Of a stretch of DNA of 64,000 nucleotides, positions 38,482-47,902 are shown piece after piece. Origin of the DNA: a virus; IMG/VR virus record IMGVR_UViG_3300032323_000739, positions 25,020-89,019 of that record. One strand, given 5' to 3'. The translations under genes were made by a program, and so were the position numbers. Each line of letters begins with the position of its first letter. The first letter of the stretch is position 1. The notes under the pieces are model-generated. The model saw only the letters and a program-made list of their open reading frames with translations. It had not been told where the DNA came from and made no database searches.

Positions 38482-39637
38482 ATTAAATAGTTGGGACGAA
38501 TTGCAACCACTTGAAGTAGTGGCTGTGGGCAGTGTGTATGATCCTAGTTTTTTTGACGGTGTAAAAAATTCACGCATATCTTCGGTGCTAAAGAAAATTA
38601 TGCACGAAACTATAGAAGATATCGAATACTTCAAAACACAGATGAAAAGTCATGGTATACAAGTACTGCAAGCCACTCCTAAAGAGTTGGGTTACAAAGA
38701 CAGCATACTTGATTATGTTGATGTTAACGGTAAGATGGGATTTGCCAGTGCTCGTCCTAACCTAGTTAAGAAAAACATGATTCCAACTAGTCCTCTGCAG
38801 ATTCGAGATGACAGTATAGTGATGGGCAATAAACTGTTGATTACTGATAGAACATTTGAAGTAGAAGGATATGTTAATAAGTTTATTGAATGGTTTGGCG
38901 AAGATCAAATAGATCTTAGCATATACAATGGTCGTATGGAGTTTCAACGCAGTGAATATAATTTACGTGCCGCCGCCAAGGATCGTGGTTTACCGGAAGA
39001 TTATTTTTTAACAAATCCTGATCCTGATGTTTCTAGTCTTATGGGATTTTGTAGTCCTAATTTAACAAGAATTGGAACCACTTGCCTAGTAGATTTATGG
39101 CAGAGTGCAGACATATTAAAGTTCTTAAATGAAAAGTATCCGGCATTCAACTACAAAGATGTTTGTATAGGGGGACACCTTGACGGAATTTTTACAGTAG
39201 TTAAGGAAGGTGTAGTTATAGCAGGACCTTGGTTTAAAGGTAATGAGCATTTATTTCCTGGCTGGGAAATCATTTATTTTAACGATCCAAATTGGAACCA
39301 TGTTAAAGAGTGGTGGAAGTTACGTGATAAGAACAGAGGAAGTTGGTGGGTGCCAGGTGAGGAAAGTAATGACCAATTTACTGAATTTGTAGAAAGTTTT
39401 TTACCTAATTGGACAGGATACTGTGAAGAAACAATATTTGATCTAAACTGTTTAATAGTTGACGACCGACATGTAGTAGTAAACAGCGACAACCCCGAAT
39501 TATTAAAACTGTTAGAATCAAAAGGTATTACTCCTATAGTATGTCCTTTACGTAATCGATTCTTTTGGGACGGTGGTTGGCATTGTCTAACATTAGACAT
39601 TAAACGACAAGGAGGGCAACGTGACTACGGAGTATGA
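38468..39637 (+). CDS. Second, divergent amidinotransferase
   Basis: NSWDELQPLE.V.VG, IRDD, GHLDG, FDLN, DGGWHCLTLD. Confidence 0.8.
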   Translation: MDKIKLNSWDELQPLEVVAVGSVYDPSFFDGVKNSRISSVLKKIMHETIEDIEYFKTQMKSHGIQVLQATPKELGYKDSILDYVDVNGKMGFASARPNLVKKNMIPTSPLQIRDDSIVMGNKLLITDRTFEVEGYVNKFIEWFGEDQIDLSIYNGRMEFQRSEYNLRAAAKDRGLPEDYFLTNPDPDVSSLMGFCSPNLTRIGTTCLVDLWQSADILKFLNEKYPAFNYKDVCIGGHLDGIFTVVKEGVVIAGPWFKGNEHLFPGWEIIYFNDPNWNHVKEWWKLRDKNRGSWWVPGEESNDQFTEFVESFLPNWTGYCEETIFDLNCLIVDDRHVVVNSDNPELLKLLESKGITPIVCPLRNRFFWDGGWHCLTLDIKRQGGQRDYGV

Positions 39638-40118
39638 ACAATATTTAAAAGACTGGGTAGAAACAACTTTATCTGTTCCACACGAATTATTAAACAGTCT
39701 ACCTATATGTCCGTTTGCACGTCAGGCTGTTTTAAATAATCAAGTTGAATTTATAAAAACTAACGATTATAAAACTGATATTGCTAAAAAATTTGAATCT
39801 TGGAATGATAACGTACACGCTGTAGTGTTTGTTTGTGATGACGATACAGATCCTCAAATATTTGTAGAGGATGTAAAAGTTTTAAATCAAAAATTTATGC
39901 TAGAAAATTTTGTATTACTAGAAGATCATACAAAAATTCCAGAACCATTTCACGGTATAAATTTTAACAATGGACGTTACAATATTATAATAGCCCAGAG
40001 ATTAGAAAACATCAATGAAGCCAGCAGATATCTTTGTAGAGAAGGATATTATGTAAATTGGAACGATCAGCAATACAATGATGTTGTACGCTGGAGATTT
40101 GAATCAACCCGGGCCTAG
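39621..40118 (+). CDS. Hypothetical protein (DUF1415-like)
   Basis: W....L......LPICPFAR; LEDH. Confidence 0.45.
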   Translation: MTTEYEQYLKDWVETTLSVPHELLNSLPICPFARQAVLNNQVEFIKTNDYKTDIAKKFESWNDNVHAVVFVCDDDTDPQIFVEDVKVLNQKFMLENFVLLEDHTKIPEPFHGINFNNGRYNIIIAQRLENINEASRYLCREGYYVNWNDQQYNDVVRWRFESTRA

Positions 40119-40526
40119 TTCTTCGTAGCCGTCGAACAAAGTTTTATATTCTGCAACTTGTCCAAGATAAAGATATTTATAGCCTAATTTTTTATAGTAG
40201 GCGCATTCGTGTTCTAAACTACGTATACCCAATCTTAATTCTGGCTCGTGATAGTTCCAAGCAAACTGAATACTTTCGGCACTAATGCCATCTTTTAGTC
40301 CACGTGTAAGGCTCCATGCAGATGGAACATTGTTAGCATAAAATGTAAAAACTGTAGCACCTGGTTGTTCAAAGTCCTGCGGAAATAGCGGCATAACACT
40401 TTCAAACTTTCTGTATCTACAATAATCGATATAAATTGTTTGAAAATAATCTCGATAGCCTATACTAATATCACAAGGATACTCTTTATAATTTGTTTGG
40501 TGTAAATTTATTCTACAGAATTTCAT
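40104..40526 (-). CDS. GNAT protein resembling the C-terminal domain of arginyl/aspartyl-tRNA-protein transferase
   Basis: QFAWNY..PELRLGIRSL.HE......GYKYLYLG...YK. Confidence 0.55.
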   Translation of the reverse strand: MKFCRINLHQTNYKEYPCDISIGYRDYFQTIYIDYCRYRKFESVMPLFPQDFEQPGATVFTFYANNVPSAWSLTRGLKDGISAESIQFAWNYHEPELRLGIRSLEHECAYYKKLGYKYLYLGQVAEYKTLFDGYEELGPG

Positions 40527-41457
40527 CTTTAAATTTAGTGGCTTTAATATCAGTACCGCAATGACAAGTTTCTTTAGGACACACAACTGGATCTAAAATA
40601 TCATCTATATTTACAGTACTCCAGTGCCCTAACTTAGCAACACCGCAAGTAGCCAACGATAAATTACCTTGGCTATCTAAAACCATAACTTCTCTACCAG
40701 CATAACAGTTCCAGCCTTTAAATTTATTTAGGCTTTGTTTCATTATCATGTCGGCATCTAATGATTGTAAACTGTTATCGTCCCACGTTACAGTAGAACC
40801 TAAATCAGATAGCCAAGTATAACGTTGTTGTACTTCTTTTATTTTATTTTCTGTAAATGTGTATATTGGAGTTGTAGAGTTTAAGAATAAGTTTTCTTCT
40901 TCAGTAAATCGCCCTTGATAGTTAGCACCACTCCAGTTATCCACAGGTTTAAGTATAGTTAATTTAATATTTTCAACAGATCTAAGTTCCTTCCACCAAG
41001 CCATGGCCTTAGGCCAATACTTAGGATCCATCATTACATATACTACAGTAAAACTTTTTTCAGCCAATATTTTAATTTTTTCTAAATCTAACTCATGCTT
41101 ATAAGGGTGTAAAGTTACACACCAATTATCGATCAAATCGGCAACTTCGGTATAAAATCGTGTAGATCTAGAAAGATTACTATCTACTACAGTTTTAATT
41201 CCCTTTGTTTTTAAAAGACGTGCAATTTCTACAAACTGAGGATGTACAGTAGGTTCTCCTCCAGTAATAGTCATTACTATTTTACGATCTTTAAACAAAT
41301 CTAAAAATTTTTCAAAATCTTTTAAATTTAAGGTTTCGTTAGATCCTGTATGTAGTTCCTTAGGGCAATACTCACACGCATAGGTACAGGCAGTAGTAAT
41401 CTGCCAAATAATTTTTAAAGTTGACGGATTGTTGGCTTGTATTTTTATTGGTATCAT
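40513..41457 (-). CDS. Radical SAM protein with C-terminal Cys cluster
   Basis: CTYACEYC, TGGEPT, FKGWNCYAG...C...CPKETCHCGTD. Confidence 0.9.
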   Translation of the reverse strand: MIPIKIQANNPSTLKIIWQITTACTYACEYCPKELHTGSNETLNLKDFEKFLDLFKDRKIVMTITGGEPTVHPQFVEIARLLKTKGIKTVVDSNLSRSTRFYTEVADLIDNWCVTLHPYKHELDLEKIKILAEKSFTVVYVMMDPKYWPKAMAWWKELRSVENIKLTILKPVDNWSGANYQGRFTEEENLFLNSTTPIYTFTENKIKEVQQRYTWLSDLGSTVTWDDNSLQSLDADMIMKQSLNKFKGWNCYAGREVMVLDSQGNLSLATCGVAKLGHWSTVNIDDILDPVVCPKETCHCGTDIKATKFKDEIL

Positions 41458-42839
41458 AACAAGTGTGCTAGATCAGGAAACACAGATTTACTGTCTGTTC
41501 CTCGAATCTTGTCTAAGTTGCGAATATACTCTTGAAAGTCTGGTAGTAGATGTGTGTGATCCTGCGCTTCTACAAACTTCAAGATAGCCTCGTAGCGTTT
41601 CCAGCCATAGGGATTTACCTGCCAGAAATTGTCGTCTTGTCGATAGTTGTTCCATAACCAATCCTTAAACTCCATGAATTGTTCTCGCACCTGTTGTTTA
41701 TCTTCTTGAGGCAATATCCTAGCACTTAAGAATGTAGGAATGTATAATAGGTGCATATTAATTATACCACCGCCTGATTCAAACTCGTCAAATTTAAATT
41801 TATTAATTTTTTTATAACCTTGCTCTAACTTCCAGCGAGCAAAATTAGTTACATTTTTAATGTTCAATGCCTGCACCGCACAGGCAATACTAGTATGTAT
41901 ATGATCGGGCGTGTTGTCGAGCAATCTTAAACTTCTTTCAATATCGGACCATTCTGCTGGATATCGAATATAGTAGTTGCGTTGATTGTAATCGTCGATA
42001 CTAAATGCATATCGAACCTGTTTAAACTCTGTCCAGATATCAATCATGTGTTGATCAATTAATACTCCATTACTATTGTATCTTAGACTAATTTGTTTGC
42101 TATAACCCCTACGTATGATTTCTTCTAAGAACCGTTTGTGTTCTTTGATCATTAAAGGCTCGCCGCCTGCAAAGTACAACTGACGTATGTTTGGAATTTG
42201 TTCGTATACTTGTTCCCAAAACTCTGGTTTTTCGTACCAGTAGTTATTAAATTCGTTAACACCCCATTCGACTTGTTTTAAGATTATTGGGCTTTTTGTA
42301 ATTTTAACTAATTGTTCATGATCTTGCACCCACCGACTGCTATCGTGTGGACTGCACATTACACATTTAAGATTACAAGTATGTCCTAATCGTAAATCCC
42401 AATAAGGCACTACAGGAGGCACAGTTCCATCTTCGTTAGTTTCTTTTACAAGTTTTTCAAAGTCTAGACCTTCTTCCATCCATTCATAACTTTCCCACAT
42501 ACGCTTACTGAATACACCGTTTGATTCTTCTTCAAAACATTTAGTGCAACTAGCAGGCACATTACCGCTCAGCATAGTTTTTCTTACGTTTTGCATGTAC
42601 TCGTTATTAAATGCATCTAATGGCAAATCTCGACCAAAGTTTGCTGATTCGCCATCGACCTTCTTAACTAACCCTACAGTATGATCACCAGTTTGTGCTC
42701 CGCTGGCATTAGTAACACAACAGAGTCTGGCATCACCGTTTGGACGAGTAGCCAAGTGTATCCACGGTAACGGACAGAAAGTTTTTGATCCAGTTTTGGA
42801 TTCAATTTTATTAACTATTTGAATTATTTTTTCATTCAT
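41454..42839 (-). CDS. Radical SAM protein with N-terminal twitch-like domain
   Basis: FCPLPW...LCC...CTKC; CNLKCVMC; AGGEP. Confidence 0.9.
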   Translation of the reverse strand: MNEKIIQIVNKIESKTGSKTFCPLPWIHLATRPNGDARLCCVTNASGAQTGDHTVGLVKKVDGESANFGRDLPLDAFNNEYMQNVRKTMLSGNVPASCTKCFEEESNGVFSKRMWESYEWMEEGLDFEKLVKETNEDGTVPPVVPYWDLRLGHTCNLKCVMCSPHDSSRWVQDHEQLVKITKSPIILKQVEWGVNEFNNYWYEKPEFWEQVYEQIPNIRQLYFAGGEPLMIKEHKRFLEEIIRRGYSKQISLRYNSNGVLIDQHMIDIWTEFKQVRYAFSIDDYNQRNYYIRYPAEWSDIERSLRLLDNTPDHIHTSIACAVQALNIKNVTNFARWKLEQGYKKINKFKFDEFESGGGIINMHLLYIPTFLSARILPQEDKQQVREQFMEFKDWLWNNYRQDDNFWQVNPYGWKRYEAILKFVEAQDHTHLLPDFQEYIRNLDKIRGTDSKSVFPDLAHLL

Positions 42840-42840
42840 G

Positions 42841-42901
42841 TTGATTACTTATCAAGTACATGCTATAATATACACGAACCTTGACAAAAGGTCAATAAAT
42901 A
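42841..42901. promoter_or_regulatory. Divergent control region with sigma70-like and TAA(A/G)TA elements on both strands
   Basis: Plus: TTGATT-17-TATAAT with TGn (42841-42869) and TAAATA 42896-42901. Minus: TTGACC-17-TATATT (42895-42867) and TAAGTA 42851-42846. Confidence 0.55.
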
Positions 42902-42907
42902 TCCAAC

Positions 42908-43762
42908 ATGATAGTTAAAATAGCACCTGAATATTCCGCCGAATACTTACAAGTAGAACGCCCTCGACCCCTTTCGGATAGACGTATAGAATCTTCTATA
43001 CAAACTATTCTTCACGGCGGTTGGGACAAAGATATTACAGATCAAGTATATTTTGATTTTAAACAAGAATGTCAGTCTTGGATTTTTGGATCAAAATTAA
43101 ATAACCTGCAAGGTATAGATTCTTTTGCTAGAACAGATATTATTATGGGCTGTACACAATTTATTGATACAGTTTACATGAAAGGCCCAGTACAAACTTT
43201 ATGGGGTGATTACAGATATCATGAAAGGTTAGGATATTCTTTCTTTAGAGATGTAGGGGCTCTAATACCTGATATTCCTTTAATTATAGCCATGCCATTT
43301 CCTCAAATAGGTGCTCCACATTTAGACATGGAAGAAATATTGAATGAATGTGCTAGTAAAAATATTGACATACATATAGATGGTGCATGGGTAACTTGTT
43401 GCAGAGACATTAATTTTAACTTTGATCATCCACAAATAAAATCTGTAGGTATTAGTTTAAGTAAAGGTTTAGGTCTAGGATGGAACAGAATTGGATTACG
43501 TTGGAGCAAAAGTTTCAAATCAGATGCTATAAACATAATGAATGATTTCAATATGAACTGCAGAGCGTTGGCAAAAATAGGCCTACATTTCTTAAAAGAG
43601 TTTCCTAGCGACTACTTGTGGAATACCCACGGAGAAAGATATTATAAGGTGTGTAATGATTTTAATTTAACACCGACAAAGAGTATCTATCTTGCACAGC
43701 GCAACGGAGAACCTGTAGGTGTAGCACCTTTAATAAGATATTTGGAAGAAAATGATCAGTAA
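42908..43762 (+). CDS. Compact fold-type I PLP-dependent enzyme
   Basis: IHIDGAW, SLSKGLG...RIG. Confidence 0.65.
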   Translation: MIVKIAPEYSAEYLQVERPRPLSDRRIESSIQTILHGGWDKDITDQVYFDFKQECQSWIFGSKLNNLQGIDSFARTDIIMGCTQFIDTVYMKGPVQTLWGDYRYHERLGYSFFRDVGALIPDIPLIIAMPFPQIGAPHLDMEEILNECASKNIDIHIDGAWVTCCRDINFNFDHPQIKSVGISLSKGLGLGWNRIGLRWSKSFKSDAINIMNDFNMNCRALAKIGLHFLKEFPSDYLWNTHGERYYKVCNDFNLTPTKSIYLAQRNGEPVGVAPLIRYLEENDQ

Positions 43763-45011
43763 AACATTCTGCCTGCATCCTTTTACAGGACTTGCTACAA
43801 GAGAAGATGGTGCTATACAGGCCTGTTGTCGTAGTCATCCTATTGGGTGGATTCAAGAGCAGACTCTTGAAGAAATATGGAACGGCGATACTATGAGACG
43901 TATTCGTCAGCAAGTGCTAAACAATGAATGGCCTAAAGAGTGTCATGCTTGCCAACTAGCAGAATCTAATGGTGTGGAAAGTCTACGTTTACGTCATATA
44001 GAACCACGCATACCGGAAAGTCGTGTAACATTATATCCTAATGCATTAAGTAAACTAGAAGAAAATTATACAATGCCTTTTGATATTCCTACCATGGAAA
44101 TTAAACTGAATAATCTTTGTAATCTTAAATGTCGTATGTGCCATCCTATGGATAGTACAAGTTGGAATGATTGGCAAGAAGTAGAGGAGTTTTACGTTAA
44201 AGAAAATAATTTTATGGTCAAAGCCATTAAAGATCTTAACCTAGTTAACAAACCATACTTAGACAAGTTTGAAGATAACCCCAATTGGTGGTCTAGTTTT
44301 GAAAAATTATTACCTTATTTCCGTCGTGTAGAGTTTGCTGGGGGAGAACCTTTAATGGACCCACAGCATTATCGTATTTTAGATATGCTCAAACCATACG
44401 GACATCAGATAGAAATCAAATATGCTACTAATGGAACTACGTTAGGTATTAAAGGTGGAAGGACTATTCATGATTATTGGCCTTATTTTAAATCTATAGC
44501 AGTTAACGTCAGCATCGACGGTATTGGTGATGCATATAACTATATTCGAGGCAATGGTAATTATAGTGATGTAATTAGTAACATAAAAGAAATACAAAAA
44601 ATACCCAATGTAAGACGCATCGTAGGAGCCGTAGCCGTACAAGTTAGTAATGTTCTTATACTTGATAAAATGTTAGAAGAATTTTTAGATAGAGTGGGTA
44701 TTATTTTTTACACTAACATGGTTAATTATCCTAACGTATTAAGTGCTCAAGTAATGCCACAGCCTTTAAAAGTTTTAGCCAGTCAGCGTTTAGAAGTAAT
44801 TAAAGATTCTATAAAAGATTTTGCTATGATTAAACAAAATCCTATGCTGTTAGATCTAACTATGGGTCAGATACAAGGAGTACAGAATTATCTACGTGCC
44901 AAAGATCAAACTAAAAAATGGCAGGACTGCATCGAATTTAATCGTCGACTTGATGCTACTAGAAGTCAGAGTTTTTTAGAAGTAACGCCGGAATTTAAAA
45001 ATTATGTATAA
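43752..45011 (+). CDS. Radical SAM protein with N-terminal twitch-like domain
   Basis: FCLHPF...ACC...CHAC; CNLKCRMC; AGGEP. Confidence 0.9.
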   Translation: MISKTFCLHPFTGLATREDGAIQACCRSHPIGWIQEQTLEEIWNGDTMRRIRQQVLNNEWPKECHACQLAESNGVESLRLRHIEPRIPESRVTLYPNALSKLEENYTMPFDIPTMEIKLNNLCNLKCRMCHPMDSTSWNDWQEVEEFYVKENNFMVKAIKDLNLVNKPYLDKFEDNPNWWSSFEKLLPYFRRVEFAGGEPLMDPQHYRILDMLKPYGHQIEIKYATNGTTLGIKGGRTIHDYWPYFKSIAVNVSIDGIGDAYNYIRGNGNYSDVISNIKEIQKIPNVRRIVGAVAVQVSNVLILDKMLEEFLDRVGIIFYTNMVNYPNVLSAQVMPQPLKVLASQRLEVIKDSIKDFAMIKQNPMLLDLTMGQIQGVQNYLRAKDQTKKWQDCIEFNRRLDATRSQSFLEVTPEFKNYV

Positions 45012-45894
45012 GATTACCAGTCGTTGGCCGCATCAAAATAAAATTAAAGTTGAGTGGAATCTTGGTAAGCGATGTAATTATGACTGTGCTTATTGTCCTG
45101 CTGAAATACATGATAACCGTAGCTCACACACCGACATAGAAATTTTAAAATCTACAGTAGATAGATTGATTAAACTAGGAGATGTACGTATTAGTTTTAC
45201 AGGTGGCGAACCTACAGTACATCCGCATATAAGCGAACTAATTGACTATTGTAAACACGTTGGAGTCAGTTGGGTAAGCGTGACAACTAACGGTACAAGA
45301 AAGCCCGAATGGTATATTAATCAAAAAACCGATCACTGGGTTTTTAGTTTACATTTCACAGAAGGTGACTGGCATAGAGTAGTACATACAGTTAAAAGTT
45401 TTCATATGTTAAAGCACCTTACCCCGGTGATGGTTAATGTTATGGCACACCACGACTACATGATACAGGCTAAAGCCGCTGTAACAATTTTTAAAGAAGC
45501 AAACGTACCATATGCTGTGCGTAGAATACGCTGGACTGAGGGTGATAGAGATTTGTTTGACGACATGCGTTACCATCCAGATGATTTACAATGGATTAAA
45601 GACAATTCTGCTACAGTAGAATCGAACTGTGTGATTGATAATAACACATTAATACACGCCAACGATGTTATTAAATTACATTTAAATCAATTTAAAGATT
45701 GGCAGTGCAGTGCAGGCATTGAAAGTTTAATGATTAATTGGGATGGTGAAGTACATCGTGCTACTTGTAGGGTAGGAGGAAGCCTTGGAAATATCTATCT
45801 AAATACTTTTACAGTACCAGCAGAGCCTGTTGTATGCGATCGAAATTTTTGTACCTGTGCCGCAGATATACCGTTAACTAAGGTAAAGATATGA
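45004..45894 (+). CDS. Radical SAM protein with C-terminal Cys cluster
   Basis: CNYDCAYC, TGGEPT, WQCSAG...C...CDRNFCTCAAD. Confidence 0.9.
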   Translation: MYKITSRWPHQNKIKVEWNLGKRCNYDCAYCPAEIHDNRSSHTDIEILKSTVDRLIKLGDVRISFTGGEPTVHPHISELIDYCKHVGVSWVSVTTNGTRKPEWYINQKTDHWVFSLHFTEGDWHRVVHTVKSFHMLKHLTPVMVNVMAHHDYMIQAKAAVTIFKEANVPYAVRRIRWTEGDRDLFDDMRYHPDDLQWIKDNSATVESNCVIDNNTLIHANDVIKLHLNQFKDWQCSAGIESLMINWDGEVHRATCRVGGSLGNIYLNTFTVPAEPVVCDRNFCTCAADIPLTKVKI

Positions 45895-46388
45895 TATATG
45901 TCGGAAACTTTGCTAGTTGGATTGACCCTAGCATAATTGATAGAATATTAACAACTCCGGGCGAACGTCGACCTAAAACACAGGCAGGAGAGTATGAATT
46001 AGCCACTGCAAAAAAATGGCAGGCTTCTGGTATTGATATGTCTAAGATAGGTTGGGAATTTTACTACAATGAACATATAGGAAGAGATCATATCGATTTA
46101 CCAATGAATATTAATGGTAAAAAATACAAGTGGTGGTTTAGTAAACTCAATCCGGGCGACATGTTGCCCATGCACGTGGATCATTTTGAATCTGCAGAGA
46201 ATGTACAACGATACTGGATGGCTTGCCAGGATCATCAGCCAGGGCATGTGTTCGCATATGAAGGTCAATTTTTAGAAAATTACAAAGCAGGGGACATGTT
46301 TGAACTAGCACCTGCAAATGTAGAACACGGAGCAGCCAATCTAGGAACAGTTCCTAAAATTAGTTTACAAATTTTATTGTTTGATTAA
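45891..46388 (+). CDS. Small Fe/2OG-type oxygenase
   Basis: LPMHVD...HGAAN...KISLQI; paralog of 26547..27053. Confidence 0.65.
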   Translation: MIYVGNFASWIDPSIIDRILTTPGERRPKTQAGEYELATAKKWQASGIDMSKIGWEFYYNEHIGRDHIDLPMNINGKKYKWWFSKLNPGDMLPMHVDHFESAENVQRYWMACQDHQPGHVFAYEGQFLENYKAGDMFELAPANVEHGAANLGTVPKISLQILLFD

Positions 46389-47164
46389 TAGTTTTCTAGG
46401 TGTGCAACACCAATGCGTTCTCTAAATTCGTCGGTGAATGCGCCATCAATTCTTATACTATAACTTTGTACATCAGACCGCCCACCAGCATGCCAATCTA
46501 AATCGTTAAAAAACACTGCACGACAGTCTACAGATATACGGTTATCTGCTTCAGGATCGTATATATAAAACGGTTTATCAGCATTTGGACGCAAATGAAT
46601 AAATTCATGTCTATGCGGATAGTAGTCGTGTTCGCCTTCTAGTAAATCTCGATGTATGGGCATTAAGCAGTCGTGTTCTGCTTTAAAAATTATAATGCGA
46701 CCTATGGTTTTGAAAACTTTGTTCTGTATTGACTGCTCAATCCATTCTTTAACTTTAGGAAAATGATTTACGGCATCGGCAGTCCATTCCTTTTCTTCAA
46801 ATCTCGATTCCCAACCGCCCGCTTCTGTTTTAAGGAAAATAAATTGATAAGGGTCGTATGCACCCAACGCAAGTTTTAAAAACAACATAAACTTATCGCG
46901 ATTATTATATTCTCCTATTTCTATACCTAATCGTTTAATTTCGTGATCTGCAGGCAGTGCATGATATTCTTCTAATGCTTGATAAAGTGGCTTGAACTCC
47001 CAACGATATTGTTCAGCAGCCGCAGGCTTAACCATATTACCTTCTTTTTTGTAATCAGCCATAACAATACCCTTACAGATTTCGTAATGCAGTTTGGTAA
47101 ATCCTTCTATATCGATAAAAGAATCTAGGTTAATGTAAGGTTGAGAATTTATTCCGCGGATCAT
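46385..47164 (-). CDS. Fe/2OG-type oxygenase
   Basis: GRIIIF...PIHRD...FN..DWHAG...YSIRIDG. Confidence 0.6.
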   Translation of the reverse strand: MIRGINSQPYINLDSFIDIEGFTKLHYEICKGIVMADYKKEGNMVKPAAAEQYRWEFKPLYQALEEYHALPADHEIKRLGIEIGEYNNRDKFMLFLKLALGAYDPYQFIFLKTEAGGWESRFEEKEWTADAVNHFPKVKEWIEQSIQNKVFKTIGRIIIFKAEHDCLMPIHRDLLEGEHDYYPHRHEFIHLRPNADKPFYIYDPEADNRISVDCRAVFFNDLDWHAGGRSDVQSYSIRIDGAFTDEFRERIGVAHLENY

Positions 47165-47172
47165 AGGCTCAA

Positions 47173-47178
47173 TAAATA
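47173..47178 (+). promoter_or_regulatory. Putative late-promoter box TAAATA
   Basis: AATAAATA in the divergent gap 47165-47206. Confidence 0.4.
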
Positions 47179-47206
47179 TAGCATACTTTAATTTATCAAC
47201 AAAACA

Positions 47207-47902
47207 ATGACAGATATATCAAATTGGAACTTATATTGGAACTTAGAAGGAGACGAATTGGTACGAGCCAATTTAGTCTATAGTGCCTATGTTAGCCCTG
47301 ACAAAAAACACTTTTGTCAGTGGTTTGCTAGAGATATAAGATATCATCGAGACCCCGACGAAAACGCTCTCTGGACAACTGAATTGTTAAAAGACAGATT
47401 TGACAAAGAAATTGAATTTCATGCTAGGGCTCGTCGACATATGACCACCCTACCAATAGTTGATATTGACGAGCAAGAACTTAAAATCATTTATGAATGG
47501 CCAGGTGACGATTTTTTAATGCAAAGTATAAATGCAGGAAGTAGAGAAAAATTATTACCTGACTGGCAGGATCAAATGGCGTTGTTAATTCATAAAATGA
47601 AAAAATCACATATTACTAAATTAAGTTTACATCCAAATAGTTGGACTGTAATTAACAACGATACCTTAGTTCCTTTTAATTGGTTTTTTAGTTATGATTC
47701 TGAAAGAGACACAGATAGTTTTAAAAAGTTATCAATACAAATTAGTCCAGGAAGAATGGAAAAATTAGAACCAATATTTGAAAGATTAAACATAAAAGAG
47801 GATCAGTTTTATCCTGTTGAAACACTTCAACTAGCGGCTCTTGAAAGTTTTCGTGCAAATTATGATGATGCATTTATTAATAGGATTTTAACTTTATTAT
47901 GA
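47207..47902 (+). CDS. Degenerate kinase-fold-like protein
   Basis: FDKEIEF, IIYEW, KLSLHPNSW and FNWFF occupy the positions of kinase motifs, but the catalytic Asp residues are missing. Confidence 0.35.
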   Translation: MTDISNWNLYWNLEGDELVRANLVYSAYVSPDKKHFCQWFARDIRYHRDPDENALWTTELLKDRFDKEIEFHARARRHMTTLPIVDIDEQELKIIYEWPGDDFLMQSINAGSREKLLPDWQDQMALLIHKMKKSHITKLSLHPNSWTVINNDTLVPFNWFFSYDSERDTDSFKKLSIQISPGRMEKLEPIFERLNIKEDQFYPVETLQLAALESFRANYDDAFINRILTLL

